Of a stretch of DNA of 64,000 nt, positions 1 through 10,406 are shown piece by piece. Made by a program: the position numbers and the translations under genes. The first letter of the stretch is position 1. The number at the start of each line of letters is the position of its first letter. The notes under the pieces are model-generated. The model was not told where the DNA came from. It worked only from the letters and a program-made list of their open reading frames with translations, and ran no database searches. The stretch comes from Candidatus Binatia bacterium (GTDB lineage: Bacteria; Desulfobacterota; Binatia; UBA9968; CAXXLF01): the NCBI GenBank assembly GCA_963664015.2, contig CAXXLF010000001.1:896001-960000 (forward strand). The letters are read 5' to 3'.

Positions 1-977
1 ATCTCATCCCAGATCAAGGCTGAACGCAGGTAGGAACGATACCAGCCCAACTCGGCCGGTGGTTTTCCCGGAGGTGAACCGAGAATGATGGGATCATTGC
101 GATGGTACAGCCGCTTGACCTTGACGATCGGTTCCGGCCGTTCCGCGCTGCCATAATAACCGGTCCACTCGCCGAACGGCCCTTCGGTACGGGGCTCGTC
201 GAAGGAAACGTCCCCTTCGACCACGATCTCCGCGTGGGCAGGAATGGGAAGGCCCGAATACTCTCCAATGATCACTTCCAGGGGCTCGCCCCGCATACCA
301 CCAATGAATTCAGATTCGGGGACTCCGTAAGGGACTTCGATGCTACCTCCGAGAAAGATCAAAGGATCGTGGCCAAAGGACATAGCCACCTTACAGGCCC
401 TTCCGGTGCCGGAATACTTGTCCCGTTGGATCCGCCCATGCTTTCCCGGAGAAATGTAAAAGCCCACAGTCTTGGGATCATGAATCATGACACGGTAGGT
501 TCCCCAATTGACCCAATCCTCGTCAGGGTCGCGGGTGACATCAATACTTCCGGTTCCAATATATCGGCCGCCGTCGTGATCATGCCATTTGGGTGTCGGA
601 AATTTAAAAAGATCGATATCCTTTTCTTCATAAACGTTTTCGAACAGCGGGCTGTCCTTAACGACCTTGTGCGGAATAGGTTTGATCTGCTTATACCGCT
701 CCCGCCAGGATCGTACAAAGTCCATCTTATGTTCGCCTGGGGGGAGTCCCAAAGTAAGCCCTAACCGGCCCCTCGTGCTTAACGAGTTGGACAAAATCCG
801 GTATCCCTTCGGGTAATCCTTGATTTCATCAAATAAGACCGCTGGACCGTCTTCTTTATGGTGGACCAGCTCCGTTACAGCTCCGATTTCAAGGTTCCAG
901 TCGCAGCCTTTGAGGGTTTTTAACTCCCCAATATTCTCTACACACCGGATCCATTCCCGGAGGTCTTTGTATTCCAT
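1..977 (-). CDS. UbiD-family (prFMN-dependent) decarboxylase, truncated by window edge; absent from ORF track
   Basis: Manual translation of both ends: ATG at 977 after GGAGG gives MEYKDLREWIRCVENIGELKTL; the same frame near the edge reads EIVVEGDV...EGPFGEWTGYY...HRNDPIILGSPP (UbiD EGPFGE motif). Confidence 0.9.
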   Translation of the reverse strand, partial: MEYKDLREWIRCVENIGELKTLKGCDWNLEIGAVTELVHHKEDGPAVLFDEIKDYPKGYRILSNSLSTRGRLGLTLGLPPGEHKMDFVRSWRERYKQIKPIPHKVVKDSPLFENVYEEKDIDLFKFPTPKWHDHDGGRYIGTGSIDVTRDPDEDWVNWGTYRVMIHDPKTVGFYISPGKHGRIQRDKYSGTGRACKVAMSFGHDPLIFLGGSIEVPYGVPESEFIGGMRGEPLEVIIGEYSGLPIPAHAEIVVEGDVSFDEPRTEGPFGEWTGYYGSAERPEPIVKVKRLYHRNDPIILGSPPGKPPAELGWYRSYLRSALIWDE

Positions 978-1149
978 AATTTCCTCCAATCTAATATAGA
1001 GCACCAACTTGATTCGAAAAGAGCTTGATACTTAACCAATTTTACCTCTACATTCAAGGTCTGAGGCCTCCACAATGGGAGCCGATTCCAATGGCACCAC
1101 ACCAGCGACCAATATTGCAATTACCGCGTGGACATGGTAGCCATTTGAC

Positions 1150-1668
1150 GTGTCGGGCAAGATAAAAGACCTGAGTGAATTAAAGGACATCGTCCACAGG
1201 GTCAAGCAGGATGGGAAAAATGTTGTTTTTACGAACGGGTGCTTTGACCTGTTACACAGCGGGCACCTGCACCTACTCCGGGAGGCCAAGAAGCTCGGTC
1301 ACTTGCTGATCGTAGCAATGAACAGCGATAGTTCGATCAAAGGGATCAAGGGCCCAAATCGCCCTATCGTACCGGAGACGGAGCGGGCAGAGCTCCTAGC
1401 CGCTCTCGAGATGGTCAATTATGTAATTATTTTCCCCCAACCGGACCCATCCCAAGTCATCAAGGAGATCGGTCCGAACGTACTGGCCAAAGGCGGCGAC
1501 TGGGCTAAAGATGAAATCGTAGGTAGGGACACGGTGGAGCAGCTTGGCGGAACAACCGCTGTGATCCCTATGCTTGCAGGCTATTCAACCACTAAGATTA
1601 TAGAAAAGATTCGTCAGGAAAAGACATGGCAAGAATTTGTACCATCTGCAACAAAAGGCAATCCGTAG
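1150..1668 (+). CDS. rfaE2: D-glycero-beta-D-manno-heptose 1-phosphate adenylyltransferase (stand-alone HldE domain II)
   Basis: [14 protein letters not shown] (HxGH), NSDSS, KGPNRP, KGGDW and STT motifs. Confidence 0.93.
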   Translation: MSGKIKDLSELKDIVHRVKQDGKNVVFTNGCFDLLHSGHLHLLREAKKLGHLLIVAMNSDSSIKGIKGPNRPIVPETERAELLAALEMVNYVIIFPQPDPSQVIKEIGPNVLAKGGDWAKDEIVGRDTVEQLGGTTAVIPMLAGYSTTKIIEKIRQEKTWQEFVPSATKGNP

Positions 1669-1838
1669 GCAATAACGTCAGCCACGCCAACAACAAGACA
1701 AAAAGGGTCTGGCTTCCCAACCTCCAGAGGGTAAGGGCAAAGATCAACGGTCAGGTACGTCGCGTTCCCGTCTGCACCAACTGCATTCGGTCTGGCCGAG
1801 TGATTAAAGTAGCCCGAACCTCTAGCCTCGCGCCCTGA
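1626..1838 (+). CDS. rpmB: 50S ribosomal protein L28 (zinc-ribbon C+ form)
   Basis: [10 protein letters not shown]...[20 protein letters not shown]...VCTNCIRSG. Confidence 0.97.
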   Translation: MARICTICNKRQSVGNNVSHANNKTKRVWLPNLQRVRAKINGQVRRVPVCTNCIRSGRVIKVARTSSLAP

Positions 1839-3984
1839 CCGCTTTATAGACCCCTTTCACCTTTAGGATGCTGTCCAGGACACGCTGGAGTTGTTGCGAG
1901 TCTCCGATCATGAGTTCAAAGGTGTTCAATGCCTTGTGATCCGGATTGGTCCGAATATAGGCCCGCGCGATATTGACGTCTACACTGGTAATGGCTGAGC
2001 TGATGGCCGCTAAAAGGCCCGGTCGATCTACACAGCTCACCTCGATTCTGATGGGCCGCGGCGTGGAGTCTCCCTCTTCCCACCTCACTTCGACTTTTCT
2101 ATTGGGATCACTGTCCAGAACCGTTGGACAACCGGCAACGTGAACGGTTACCCCCCTACCCCGGGTCATATATCCGATAACGTGTTCTCCAGGTAGGGGA
2201 TGACAGCACTGGCCAAATCGGACCAGCACGTCCCCCAATCCCTTTACTCGAATTCCCGAATCTCGCTTTTTTCCTCCCACCATCCGGAAGAGACGGCCCA
2301 CCGCCCCTTCAACCCCCTTACCCCCGCCTTCAAGTTTATCCGGGGGAACAAGTTTTGTTAGAACCTGCAGCGAGGTGATCTTGCCGTAGCCCACGCTGGC
2401 CAACAGGTTCTCCTCATCCCGGGTTCCCAGTTCCTTTGCGATGGCCTCGATCCTTCCTTCCTGACGTAGCTTGGTGTAGTCCAGTTGGTAATGGTTGAGG
2501 TCTCCTTCCAGGAGTTCACGTCCCAAGGCAACGCTCCTGTCGCGCTGCTCCGCCTTGATCCAATTACGGATCCGTGCCTTGGCCCTGGGAGTCTTGGCCA
2601 GTTTCAGCCAATCCCGGCTTGGCGTTTGCTGATGGGTGCGAATGATCTCGACGGTATCGCCGCTTCGCAGGATGTATCGTAGTGAAACAAGGTGCCCGTT
2701 GACCCTCGCCCCAGAACAGCGATGACCAATATCCGAGTGAATCCGGTAGGCAAAATCAATCACCGTCGCACCCTTGGGAAAGCTCAGGAGATCTCCTTTG
2801 GGGGTAAACACGTACACCTCGTCGGGGAAGAGATCCTCTTTTAGACTGTGAAGGAACTCTTGAGGGTCTTCAATGTTCTGTTGCCACTCGAGGAGCTGGC
2901 GCAACCAGCTAAAGCCCTGCACACCGCTAAACTGAAAATCCGTTCCCTCCTTGTAACGCCAATGGGCAGCAATTCCTTCCTCCGCAACTCGGTGCATTTC
3001 ATGGGTGCGGATCTGAATTTCTACCCGTTGACCTTGAGGACCAATAACCGTCGTATTGAGGGATTGAAACATATTGGGTTTGGGTAGGGCAATGTAATCC
3101 TTGAATCGACCCGGCACCGGCTTCCACTGGCCATGGACGATCCCCAGGGTCTCGTAGCACTCCCGCATTGTATCGACGACAACTCGGAAGGCAACCAGAT
3201 CATGGATCTGATCGCAGGGTAGACCTTGACTCTCCATCTTTTGATAAATGCTGTAAAAGTGTTTGAGCCTACCGGTGAGCTCAGCATCAATGCCCTCCTC
3301 GGCCAATTTCTTACCAATCACCGAGATAACTTCATTGATATATTTCTCTCGGTCTCCTCTTTTTTCCGCCACGTCCCGTTTGATCTGGTAAAAGATTTCC
3401 GGCCGCAGGTGCTTGAGCGCATGATCCTCTAGCTCGCATTTGATCCATTCGATACCAAAACGGCGCGCCAAGGGGGCATAGATTTCCAGGGTTTCCTGGG
3501 CCGTTATGAGCTGTTTGCCTGGAGACAAATGGTCCAAGGTCCTCATGTTGTGCGTCCGGTCGGCCAACTTGATCAAAATGACACGGACGTCCCGCCCCAT
3601 GGCCAGGACCATTTTCCGGTAGTTTTCCGCCTGCTTTTCTTCTCGGCTGGTAAACTGCGTCTGGCTGAGCTTCGTTACCCCATCCACCAACCCCTCCACT
3701 TCATCACCAAATTCCCGCTTGATTTCTTCCTGTGAAGTCAGGGTATCTTCAACCGTATCGTGGAGCAATCCTGCGACGAGACTCGGGACATCCAATTTCA
3801 GGTCAGCGATGATCCCGGCCACGGCCATGGGATGAATAAAATAGGGTTCTCCCGATAAACGCTTTTGCCCTTGATGAACCCTGGCTGAAAAATCGTAGGC
3901 GCGTCGGATCGTGTCCACATCAGCCGTAGGATGATAGGCCTGAACCTTCTCCACCAGATCGCCGATTCGAACCTCTTTAGCCAT
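1822..3984 (-). CDS. rel: Long RelA/SpoT homologue, (p)ppGpp hydrolase/synthetase with TGS and ACT domains
   Basis: HD motif [40 protein letters not shown] (VFTPKGD...DFAYRIH), CCHP, C-terminal ACT (DRPGLL). Confidence 0.96.
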   Translation of the reverse strand: MAKEVRIGDLVEKVQAYHPTADVDTIRRAYDFSARVHQGQKRLSGEPYFIHPMAVAGIIADLKLDVPSLVAGLLHDTVEDTLTSQEEIKREFGDEVEGLVDGVTKLSQTQFTSREEKQAENYRKMVLAMGRDVRVILIKLADRTHNMRTLDHLSPGKQLITAQETLEIYAPLARRFGIEWIKCELEDHALKHLRPEIFYQIKRDVAEKRGDREKYINEVISVIGKKLAEEGIDAELTGRLKHFYSIYQKMESQGLPCDQIHDLVAFRVVVDTMRECYETLGIVHGQWKPVPGRFKDYIALPKPNMFQSLNTTVIGPQGQRVEIQIRTHEMHRVAEEGIAAHWRYKEGTDFQFSGVQGFSWLRQLLEWQQNIEDPQEFLHSLKEDLFPDEVYVFTPKGDLLSFPKGATVIDFAYRIHSDIGHRCSGARVNGHLVSLRYILRSGDTVEIIRTHQQTPSRDWLKLAKTPRAKARIRNWIKAEQRDRSVALGRELLEGDLNHYQLDYTKLRQEGRIEAIAKELGTRDEENLLASVGYGKITSLQVLTKLVPPDKLEGGGKGVEGAVGRLFRMVGGKKRDSGIRVKGLGDVLVRFGQCCHPLPGEHVIGYMTRGRGVTVHVAGCPTVLDSDPNRKVEVRWEEGDSTPRPIRIEVSCVDRPGLLAAISSAITSVDVNIARAYIRTNPDHKALNTFELMIGDSQQLQRVLDSILKVKGVYKAVRARG

Positions 3985-4639
3985 GGCCCTTGATCCTCGA
4001 GCGAAGCGCCACCAGAGGAGACAGAACCTTCCAACTCTGCACTCTGGAAATCCTGTGCCTCTCCGCTATCAGGATAGACTTGAGCGCATCCTGCGCATCA
4101 CGAATTCTTCGGTTTAACACAAAATAGTCATACCCATGGATCTCAACAAGCTCACGCTTGGCGTTCTCCAGCCGTTTGCGGATGATATCCTTGCGATCGG
4201 TCTTCCTATGGGCTAAACGCCGCTCAAGCTCCCGTAACGAGGGAGGAAGGATAAAAACGGACACCGCGTTTCGGTAACGCCCCTTAATGCTACGACTACC
4301 CTGTACATCGATATCGAGCAGGACGTCCTGCCCGGAACGAATGTTCTGTTCCAGCGGTCGGCGCGGGGTGCCGTAAAAACTCCCGTGCACCTTCGCCCAC
4401 TCGGCGAACTCCCCCCTTCCCCGCATTTCCTCGAACCTCTTTTTTCCTACAAAATGGTAATCTTGCCCCGGCATTTCTCCAGGGCGGGTTTCACGTGTAG
4501 TGTAAGAAACAGACAGCCGTAATTCGGGAAACGCCCGCATGAGTTTCTTGATCAGCGTGGTTTTTCCGGCTCCCGATGGCGCCGACAAGATCAAGATCAC
4601 GCCGTCACTTTTTGCCACTGTCCCGCGAGTCTTCATCAT
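3977..4639 (-). CDS. gmk: Guanylate kinase
   Basis: SAPSGAGKTT P-loop, SYTTR, DYHF, EWAKVHGSFYGT, LDIDVQG. Confidence 0.96.
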   Translation of the reverse strand: MMKTRGTVAKSDGVILILSAPSGAGKTTLIKKLMRAFPELRLSVSYTTRETRPGEMPGQDYHFVGKKRFEEMRGRGEFAEWAKVHGSFYGTPRRPLEQNIRSGQDVLLDIDVQGSRSIKGRYRNAVSVFILPPSLRELERRLAHRKTDRKDIIRKRLENAKRELVEIHGYDYFVLNRRIRDAQDALKSILIAERHRISRVQSWKVLSPLVALRSRIKGHG

Positions 4640-5499
4640 TCTACATTCTGGACCTGTTCTCTAATCTTCTCTACCTTTTCCTTACCCGAAAGCATGAGCC
4701 CCACGGTGGAGAGTTGGGAGGCTTTAGCACCGATCGTGCTGAGCTCCCTCTGGGCTTCCTGAAGTAAGAAGTCCATCTTCTTGCCCACGGAGCCGGGTTC
4801 ACGAGTCAGTTTTGACAAGCCCTCTACGTGGCTTTTGAGCCGTACAACCTCTTCATGAATGTCCCCTTTGGGAAGTGAGTTCTCGTATTCTTTTCCTGGC
4901 CTGTGCCCCTCTATGAGGTCCCCGGTCTCCCGGGGACCTAGAGACTGAATCAGTGCCTTGTGAATATTCTTGGCCTCACGGCTCAGTGCGGACCAGACTT
5001 TTTGCAATTGCTGCACCTGATGCTGGATGTCGTGTCTCAGGTGATTTCCTTCGCGCCCCCGTGAACGTTCCAGGTTACCCACAGCAGACTCCACGGTTTT
5101 TAAAACCAGTGCCCGCTCGTTTTCCCAAGTCTCATCGTTTTCCTTGAACTCGAAGAGATCGGGGAGCCTGGAGAGCAGAGCCAGGTCCATCTCGCCCTTG
5201 AGATCGAATCGCTTCTTAACCTTTTTGAGGGTAGCCAGATACTGGCCGAGCAAAACATCGTCCAGCTCGAGCCTACGCCCTTTCCCTTTTAGCGGTGAAC
5301 GGGTGATAAAAATCTCGACCCTCCCTCGGGAAAGCCGATTTCGGATCTTCTGGCGGATGGCCTCCTCCACGGCCAGATAAGACCGCGGCACCCTGAGCTG
5401 GATATCTAAATGGCGGTGATTAACCGTACGTACTTGAACGGTCACCTTGGCGATCTTTCCCTGAGCCGTAGCCTCTCCGTAACCCGTCATACTTTTCAT
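4636..5499 (-). CDS. yicC: YicC/YloC family endoribonuclease
   Basis: MKSMTGYG start, VNHRHLD, DIHEEVVRLKSH, GKKMDFLLQE, EKIREQVQNVE end; usual position upstream of gmk. Start may be GTG at 5511. Confidence 0.93.
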   Translation of the reverse strand: MKSMTGYGEATAQGKIAKVTVQVRTVNHRHLDIQLRVPRSYLAVEEAIRQKIRNRLSRGRVEIFITRSPLKGKGRRLELDDVLLGQYLATLKKVKKRFDLKGEMDLALLSRLPDLFEFKENDETWENERALVLKTVESAVGNLERSRGREGNHLRHDIQHQVQQLQKVWSALSREAKNIHKALIQSLGPRETGDLIEGHRPGKEYENSLPKGDIHEEVVRLKSHVEGLSKLTREPGSVGKKMDFLLQEAQRELSTIGAKASQLSTVGLMLSGKEKVEKIREQVQNVE

Positions 5500-5584
5500 A
5501 GACCGCTTCACTTCCTCTCCTGAATCCAATTGAAGGATACGATGCTAGACCCAGCCAAGCGACGAAATATCGGCAGGACCGTAT

Positions 5585-6589
5585 TCAACCGTTTTCTCGG
5601 ATCGCTTTTTTCAGACGCTCCAGTGACACCGTGGCCGTACCGACCTCTCCCACGACGATTCCCGCAGCCAGGTTGGCAAGGATGGCAGCCTCCTCGTAGC
5701 TCCCCCGGCTCGCCAGTGTCAGCGCACAGGTAGCCACGACGGTGTCACCCGCACCTGTCACATCGAAGACTTCCTTGGCCGTGGTGGGGAAATGACCAAC
5801 CGTTCCATCCCGACGAAATAGGCTCATGCCCTCTTGTCCTCGTGTAACCAGTACGGCACCGGCCTGCCATTTTTCGAGAAGGATACCACCCGCCTCCTGC
5901 AGTGATTCTGGATCGTGAATCTTGAATCCCGCCGCATCACCGGCTTCATCTTTGTTGGGCGTAACTAGCGTGACGTTACGGTACCGGTCAAAATTCTCTT
6001 TTTTGGGATCTACAACGCAAGAGATCCCCTTGCCCTGAACGACCTCCCCGATCCACCCCAGCAATTCGGGATGGACAACGCCCTTTCCGTAGTCGGATAT
6101 GACCAGACCGTCACATCGACCTAGCTGGCGGGCAACAAACTGACGCACCTTGCGATGCACCTGCTCCCTGATAACTCCGTGATTCTCATGATCCATTCGA
6201 ACTAACTGTTGATGGCGCGGACCAGCGATCAGACGACTCTTCTGGGTCGTAAGAAAGCGTGACTCGGGAAACACGCCCGATGTTGAACTGCCGATCACCT
6301 TGAGTTGACGCAAGAGCTGTTTCCCTGCCGAATCTCGCCCCAGGATACCGCAGGCAGTCACCTGTCCTCCTAATCCCCTTATGTTATGAATCACGTTGGC
6401 GGCTCCCCCAAGACAGAGCTCCTCGGATACAACCCGAACCACCGGGACCGGGGCCTCCGGCGAAATCCGCTCCACATCCCCCCAGATAAATCGATCAAGC
6501 ATCAGGTCCCCCACGACGAGAAGACGGCAGCGACGGAATCGATTCACCACGGCCAACAGTTTGGCTTTTCCTACTTTGAGTTTGATCAT
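5585..6589 (-). CDS. rfaE1: D-glycero-beta-D-manno-heptose 7-phosphate kinase (stand-alone HldE domain I, PfkB family)
   Basis: VVGDLMLD, RISPEAPVPV, GGAANV, SDYGKG, TPN, DVTGAGDTV. Confidence 0.95.
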   Translation of the reverse strand: MIKLKVGKAKLLAVVNRFRRCRLLVVGDLMLDRFIWGDVERISPEAPVPVVRVVSEELCLGGAANVIHNIRGLGGQVTACGILGRDSAGKQLLRQLKVIGSSTSGVFPESRFLTTQKSRLIAGPRHQQLVRMDHENHGVIREQVHRKVRQFVARQLGRCDGLVISDYGKGVVHPELLGWIGEVVQGKGISCVVDPKKENFDRYRNVTLVTPNKDEAGDAAGFKIHDPESLQEAGGILLEKWQAGAVLVTRGQEGMSLFRRDGTVGHFPTTAKEVFDVTGAGDTVVATCALTLASRGSYEEAAILANLAAGIVVGEVGTATVSLERLKKAIRENG

Positions 6590-7689
6590 CTTTCCGCTGC
6601 ACCCTCAAGCAGTTCATAATAGAACTCTTCATTCTTTTTAGCCATTTGTTCCATGGTCAGGTCGCGTTGCACGCGTTTCCTCGCCATGGCTCCCATAGAG
6701 TCCATGAGCGATGGATCGCCGAGGAGTTGTGCCAGGGCTTGGGCCAATGCTTGAGGATCTCCCGGCGGGACCAGCAAACCCGTCAGGCGGTGTTGAACCA
6801 ACTCGGGAACACCCCCGACCAGGCTTGCCACAACAGGTTTCCCGGCCGCCATTGCCTCTATCACGGAGACCCCAAGGCCTTCGTTCAGTGACGGGAGGAC
6901 AAAGAGATCGATACCATTTAAAAAACTGGGTATGTTCGATACGAACCCCAGGAATACTACGTCCCTTTGCACGCCAATTCGGACTGCCCTTTGTTCCAGA
7001 TAGGCCTTTTCTTTTCCTTCCCCGGCCAGAAGGATCCGTGGTCGGATTCCCTGATCCTGGAGGATCCGCGCGGCCTCCAATAAATAGCGATGCCCCTTAC
7101 GCGGTTCGAGGACCGCAACCGTCCCAATCGTAGGGCGATGAGAGGTTCTATCCCCCAATGCCTCAGGATGAAAACGTCCTAACTCGATCCCGCTGTAGAT
7201 GACTCGAATTTTCTCCGCTTGGACTCCCCCCTCGATCAATACCTCACGGATCTTATCCGAGATGGCGACGACCCCGTCGACTCTGCTGTTGTAAAGGCGA
7301 TTATGGTACCAGTTTCGTTTCACCGGGTAGTCCATCCTGCGGGTCACCACATAACGGACTCCCGGTCGAGCCCGCCACAACCAAAGGGCAAGGCCATGGG
7401 CCCTCTTGGTATGAAAATGAACTATATCATACGCCTCTTTCTGGATAAGCTTCTTCAGCCGGAAGACGGGCCGCAAATCCAAGTCATTGCGCACCCGAAG
7501 GGGGATGATTTTCACGTCAACCCTCTGCACTTCGTCAATCAGGGCGCCTTCCGGATGGCAGAGAAGGTGGTTCTCATGGCCCCATGAGGTAAGTTTGGTC
7601 AAGAGACCCATTACCTGAGTCTCCCCACCTGCCCATTCCTTCTCCGGATCGACATGAAGGATTTTGAGATGCCGGTTAGTTTTAGCCAC
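6586..7689 (-). CDS. Glycosyltransferase family 4 (LPS core)
   Basis: GGETQV, RKGH, LPSLNEGLGVSVIEAMAAGKPVV (E-x7-E). Confidence 0.9.
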   Translation of the reverse strand: MAKTNRHLKILHVDPEKEWAGGETQVMGLLTKLTSWGHENHLLCHPEGALIDEVQRVDVKIIPLRVRNDLDLRPVFRLKKLIQKEAYDIVHFHTKRAHGLALWLWRARPGVRYVVTRRMDYPVKRNWYHNRLYNSRVDGVVAISDKIREVLIEGGVQAEKIRVIYSGIELGRFHPEALGDRTSHRPTIGTVAVLEPRKGHRYLLEAARILQDQGIRPRILLAGEGKEKAYLEQRAVRIGVQRDVVFLGFVSNIPSFLNGIDLFVLPSLNEGLGVSVIEAMAAGKPVVASLVGGVPELVQHRLTGLLVPPGDPQALAQALAQLLGDPSLMDSMGAMARKRVQRDLTMEQMAKKNEEFYYELLEGAAER

Positions 7690-8467
7690 GTTTACTTTGC
7701 TCCCGCTCGAAATCTTCCAATTCTCTTAGTTTAGCATATTTAAGAAAGACATAAATCGCCGCACTTGCCGCGACAAACAGGCCTGGCAACCCATCAAGGA
7801 AACCTCTTTTTAAAATATAGCAACGAAAGAAGCGAAAGGACGGACGGAAAAGCTGGTCGATAATCCCCCATCCCTTCCCCAGGCTCTTGAGCTCAGCCGA
7901 TGACATAGTAGTAAAATCGTTAATCTGCCTCAAGTGATCGTTAATATCCCGGTAGGTGTAGTGGTGCAGGGGAGACGTTAAACGGCGCATCCTGCCGTCG
8001 ACGAGAATACGTTCATGGGGTTCTTGACCACCCCATCGGGCCCTGGTGCTTCGAAAAATCCGGATATCATAGTCCGGGTACCAACCTCCGCGCCACCACC
8101 ACCGTCCCAGGTAATAAACGAGTCTCGGCACTAAAAAAGCATTAAAACGGTCGCCGTAACGCGGGAGTGCGTCCAGGATCTCCGCTCTCAGCTCTGGAGG
8201 CACCCGCTCATCGGCATCTACCAGGATCACCCATTCCCGGGTTGCCTTCGAATGAGCGAAGGCCTTCTGCTCCCGATATCCGGTCCATTCCCGCTGGAAG
8301 ACCCGGTCTGTATACTCGCGGCAGATCTCTACAGTTCCATCGGTACTGAAGGAATCCACCACAACAATTTCGTTGCACCACCTGAGACTTTCAAGACAGT
8401 CTCGAATATTGTCTTCCTCATTGAAGCAGACGACAATTGCGGATATTTCGTACCCTTTGAACGACAT
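7682..8467 (-). CDS. Glycosyltransferase family 2 (WaaE/KdtX-like LPS beta-glucosyltransferase)
   Basis: CFNEEDNIRDCLES, VVVDSFSTDGT, DADE, GWYPD, GFLDG. Confidence 0.9.
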   Translation of the reverse strand: MSFKGYEISAIVVCFNEEDNIRDCLESLRWCNEIVVVDSFSTDGTVEICREYTDRVFQREWTGYREQKAFAHSKATREWVILVDADERVPPELRAEILDALPRYGDRFNAFLVPRLVYYLGRWWWRGGWYPDYDIRIFRSTRARWGGQEPHERILVDGRMRRLTSPLHHYTYRDINDHLRQINDFTTMSSAELKSLGKGWGIIDQLFRPSFRFFRCYILKRGFLDGLPGLFVAASAAIYVFLKYAKLRELEDFEREQSKRG

Positions 8468-8541
8468 GAGCGCAATTCATCCCTAACGAAAATAACAGGG
8501 TCCTAGCAATTTGATTCGCTGACGTCCATCGATTATGGCAT

Positions 8542-9381
8542 TCATCCTTTTGTGTCCATTGCCTTTTTGTTCAGTTGGATTTCACGCCGACGCTCCTTGG
8601 TTCTTCGATCCAGCCAGCGTGCGAGTCGACGCTCCCTCTGCCCCAAAGAGCGGCACCCTAGATAATGCCTGAGAAAACGGATCCGGTCGCGGACAGAAAT
8701 TCCCGGGAGGTTAAACCGATTGAGTTGAACCAAATTTCTCTTCCAGAATCCTTGCGGGAACCAGGGCGGATATCGGCGCGTCCGATCGTGGTCGATACTA
8801 AAAAGGTGGATACCCGTCGGTTCCTGTCGAATCAGGATATTGGACGGGATAAGATCTCCATGCACAAAGCCCAACTGGTGCATGCGGCGAACCTCCAGCG
8901 CCAACTGGCGGAGAGCCGCTCGTTTTGTCTTCAGCCTGCCCCCGTCCAGGGATAATGCCGAATGGGTTCGAAGAAAAACCGGAAGCGAGACTCCCTCAAC
9001 CGCGTGTGCCAGGAGAAAGGCAAGCCTGATAAAACCAAGTCGCCTCCTCTCTCCAGCCACCACGGTTACGGGAACCTCAAATCCGTTTCGTCTCAGGGCT
9101 TGACCTTGCCTGAGGGCTCGGAACGCCTTCGATCGGCGAAAAAGGTCTTTGAAGGATTCAAAGTAATTATCGGGATAATAGATCTTCAGGAAATATTTCT
9201 GACCGGCCTCCCCAATCCCATCGGTAATCTTTTGAGTCTCCGGGCGCCGCCGGGTAACTGAGTTGGCCGTAACCAAATAAGTCGAGATTCCGTCCCAGTA
9301 ATCCCAAGTCCATTCGTCGGCGAAAACCAAAAGCTTCCAGTCTCCCTTCCAATGGCCTTTATAATCATCATCCACCGCCAT
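8542..9381 (-). CDS. LPS kinase (Kdo/WaaP/InaA family)
   Basis: FLKIY, HQLGFVHGDLIPSNIL, SIDHD kinase motifs; start moved to ATG 9381 because the longer ORF overlaps the upstream gene. Confidence 0.8.
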   Translation of the reverse strand: MAVDDDYKGHWKGDWKLLVFADEWTWDYWDGISTYLVTANSVTRRRPETQKITDGIGEAGQKYFLKIYYPDNYFESFKDLFRRSKAFRALRQGQALRRNGFEVPVTVVAGERRRLGFIRLAFLLAHAVEGVSLPVFLRTHSALSLDGGRLKTKRAALRQLALEVRRMHQLGFVHGDLIPSNILIRQEPTGIHLFSIDHDRTRRYPPWFPQGFWKRNLVQLNRFNLPGISVRDRIRFLRHYLGCRSLGQRERRLARWLDRRTKERRREIQLNKKAMDTKG

Positions 9382-9385
9382 TTCC

Positions 9386-10405
9386 CTAACCACCTTGGCC
9401 AAGCGCCATCTCAACTTTAGCGACAATGTCCCGGACCTCGATGGATTGCATGCAAATGCGGCCGATGGAACACTTCCTGAGGTAACAGGGTGAACAATCG
9501 GCCTTGCCCTGAAGGACCAGATGATCAAAGCTAAAGGGACCGGTACGCAGGGGGTTGGTCGCCCCCCACAGAGAAACGACGGGAATCCCAACGGCAGCGC
9601 ACAAGTGCATGAGCCCGGTATCTGGGCCAACAGCAACCTTTGACCGTGCCAACATGGCGATGGATTCACGCAGGGTATTCACGCCAACGAAATTTTTAAC
9701 CGGAACTATCTGATAATTCTCGAACTCTGTTGCCAGGGGAACATCTTCAGCACCACCAAGAAGGACAATGTCCAGCCCGAAACGCTTGTGGACCTCACTG
9801 GCACTCAATGCGGCTTGATAAGGGAACCACCGTTTGCTTTCCCAACGGGCTCCGAGAAAAAAAACGGCAAAGCGCTCCCCGACCCCATGGAGACGCTGGG
9901 TCACATTTTTTTCCTCCTGGGGTGAGCACGTGATCTTCCACTCCGGAGGGGCGGTTCCCATACCCAAGAACTCAGCGAATTTAAAATAGTGAAACAATTT
10001 AGAAATGTTTTCACCCGCAAATTCGATATGAAAATTGTTAAAAACCCAATTGAGCTCCTTAGAGTCAAGTCTATGAAATCCCAATCGAATCGGTGCCCCC
10101 GAGTACCGACTGACCAATCCGCTCTTGAGAATCCGCTGTAAGTCCAAGACAAGATCAAAATGCCCCGATCGGACCCTTTCCAGAAATGGGAGAAGGCTCT
10201 TCCACCAGCGCTTGCGATCGAAGAGAAGGACCTCGTCAACCGCTGGATGATTCTCGACCAGGGGAAATGCCGCGGGTTCAATAGACCAGCTAATCCTGGC
10301 CTCGGGATAGGCCTTGCGGAGGAGATTTGCCAATGGCAAGGCTCGAGACACATCCCCAATGGAACCGTGCAGGACAATCAGAATTTTGCTCCCAACAAAC
10401 TGCAT
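9386..10405 (-). CDS. GT9 heptosyltransferase (WaaC/WaaF-like)
   Basis: GSIGDV, DLQRILKS, SKRW, GPDTGLMHL, SLWGAT, CSPC...C...C; ATG 10405 lies just after the upstream stop. Confidence 0.88.
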   Translation of the reverse strand: MQFVGSKILIVLHGSIGDVSRALPLANLLRKAYPEARISWSIEPAAFPLVENHPAVDEVLLFDRKRWWKSLLPFLERVRSGHFDLVLDLQRILKSGLVSRYSGAPIRLGFHRLDSKELNWVFNNFHIEFAGENISKLFHYFKFAEFLGMGTAPPEWKITCSPQEEKNVTQRLHGVGERFAVFFLGARWESKRWFPYQAALSASEVHKRFGLDIVLLGGAEDVPLATEFENYQIVPVKNFVGVNTLRESIAMLARSKVAVGPDTGLMHLCAAVGIPVVSLWGATNPLRTGPFSFDHLVLQGKADCSPCYLRKCSIGRICMQSIEVRDIVAKVEMALGQGG

Positions 10406-10406
10406 A

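Noticed and set aside
102-764. 220-aa plus-strand ORF
   Set aside because: Antisense shadow of the UbiD gene (1..977, minus), which has the motifs and an RBS.
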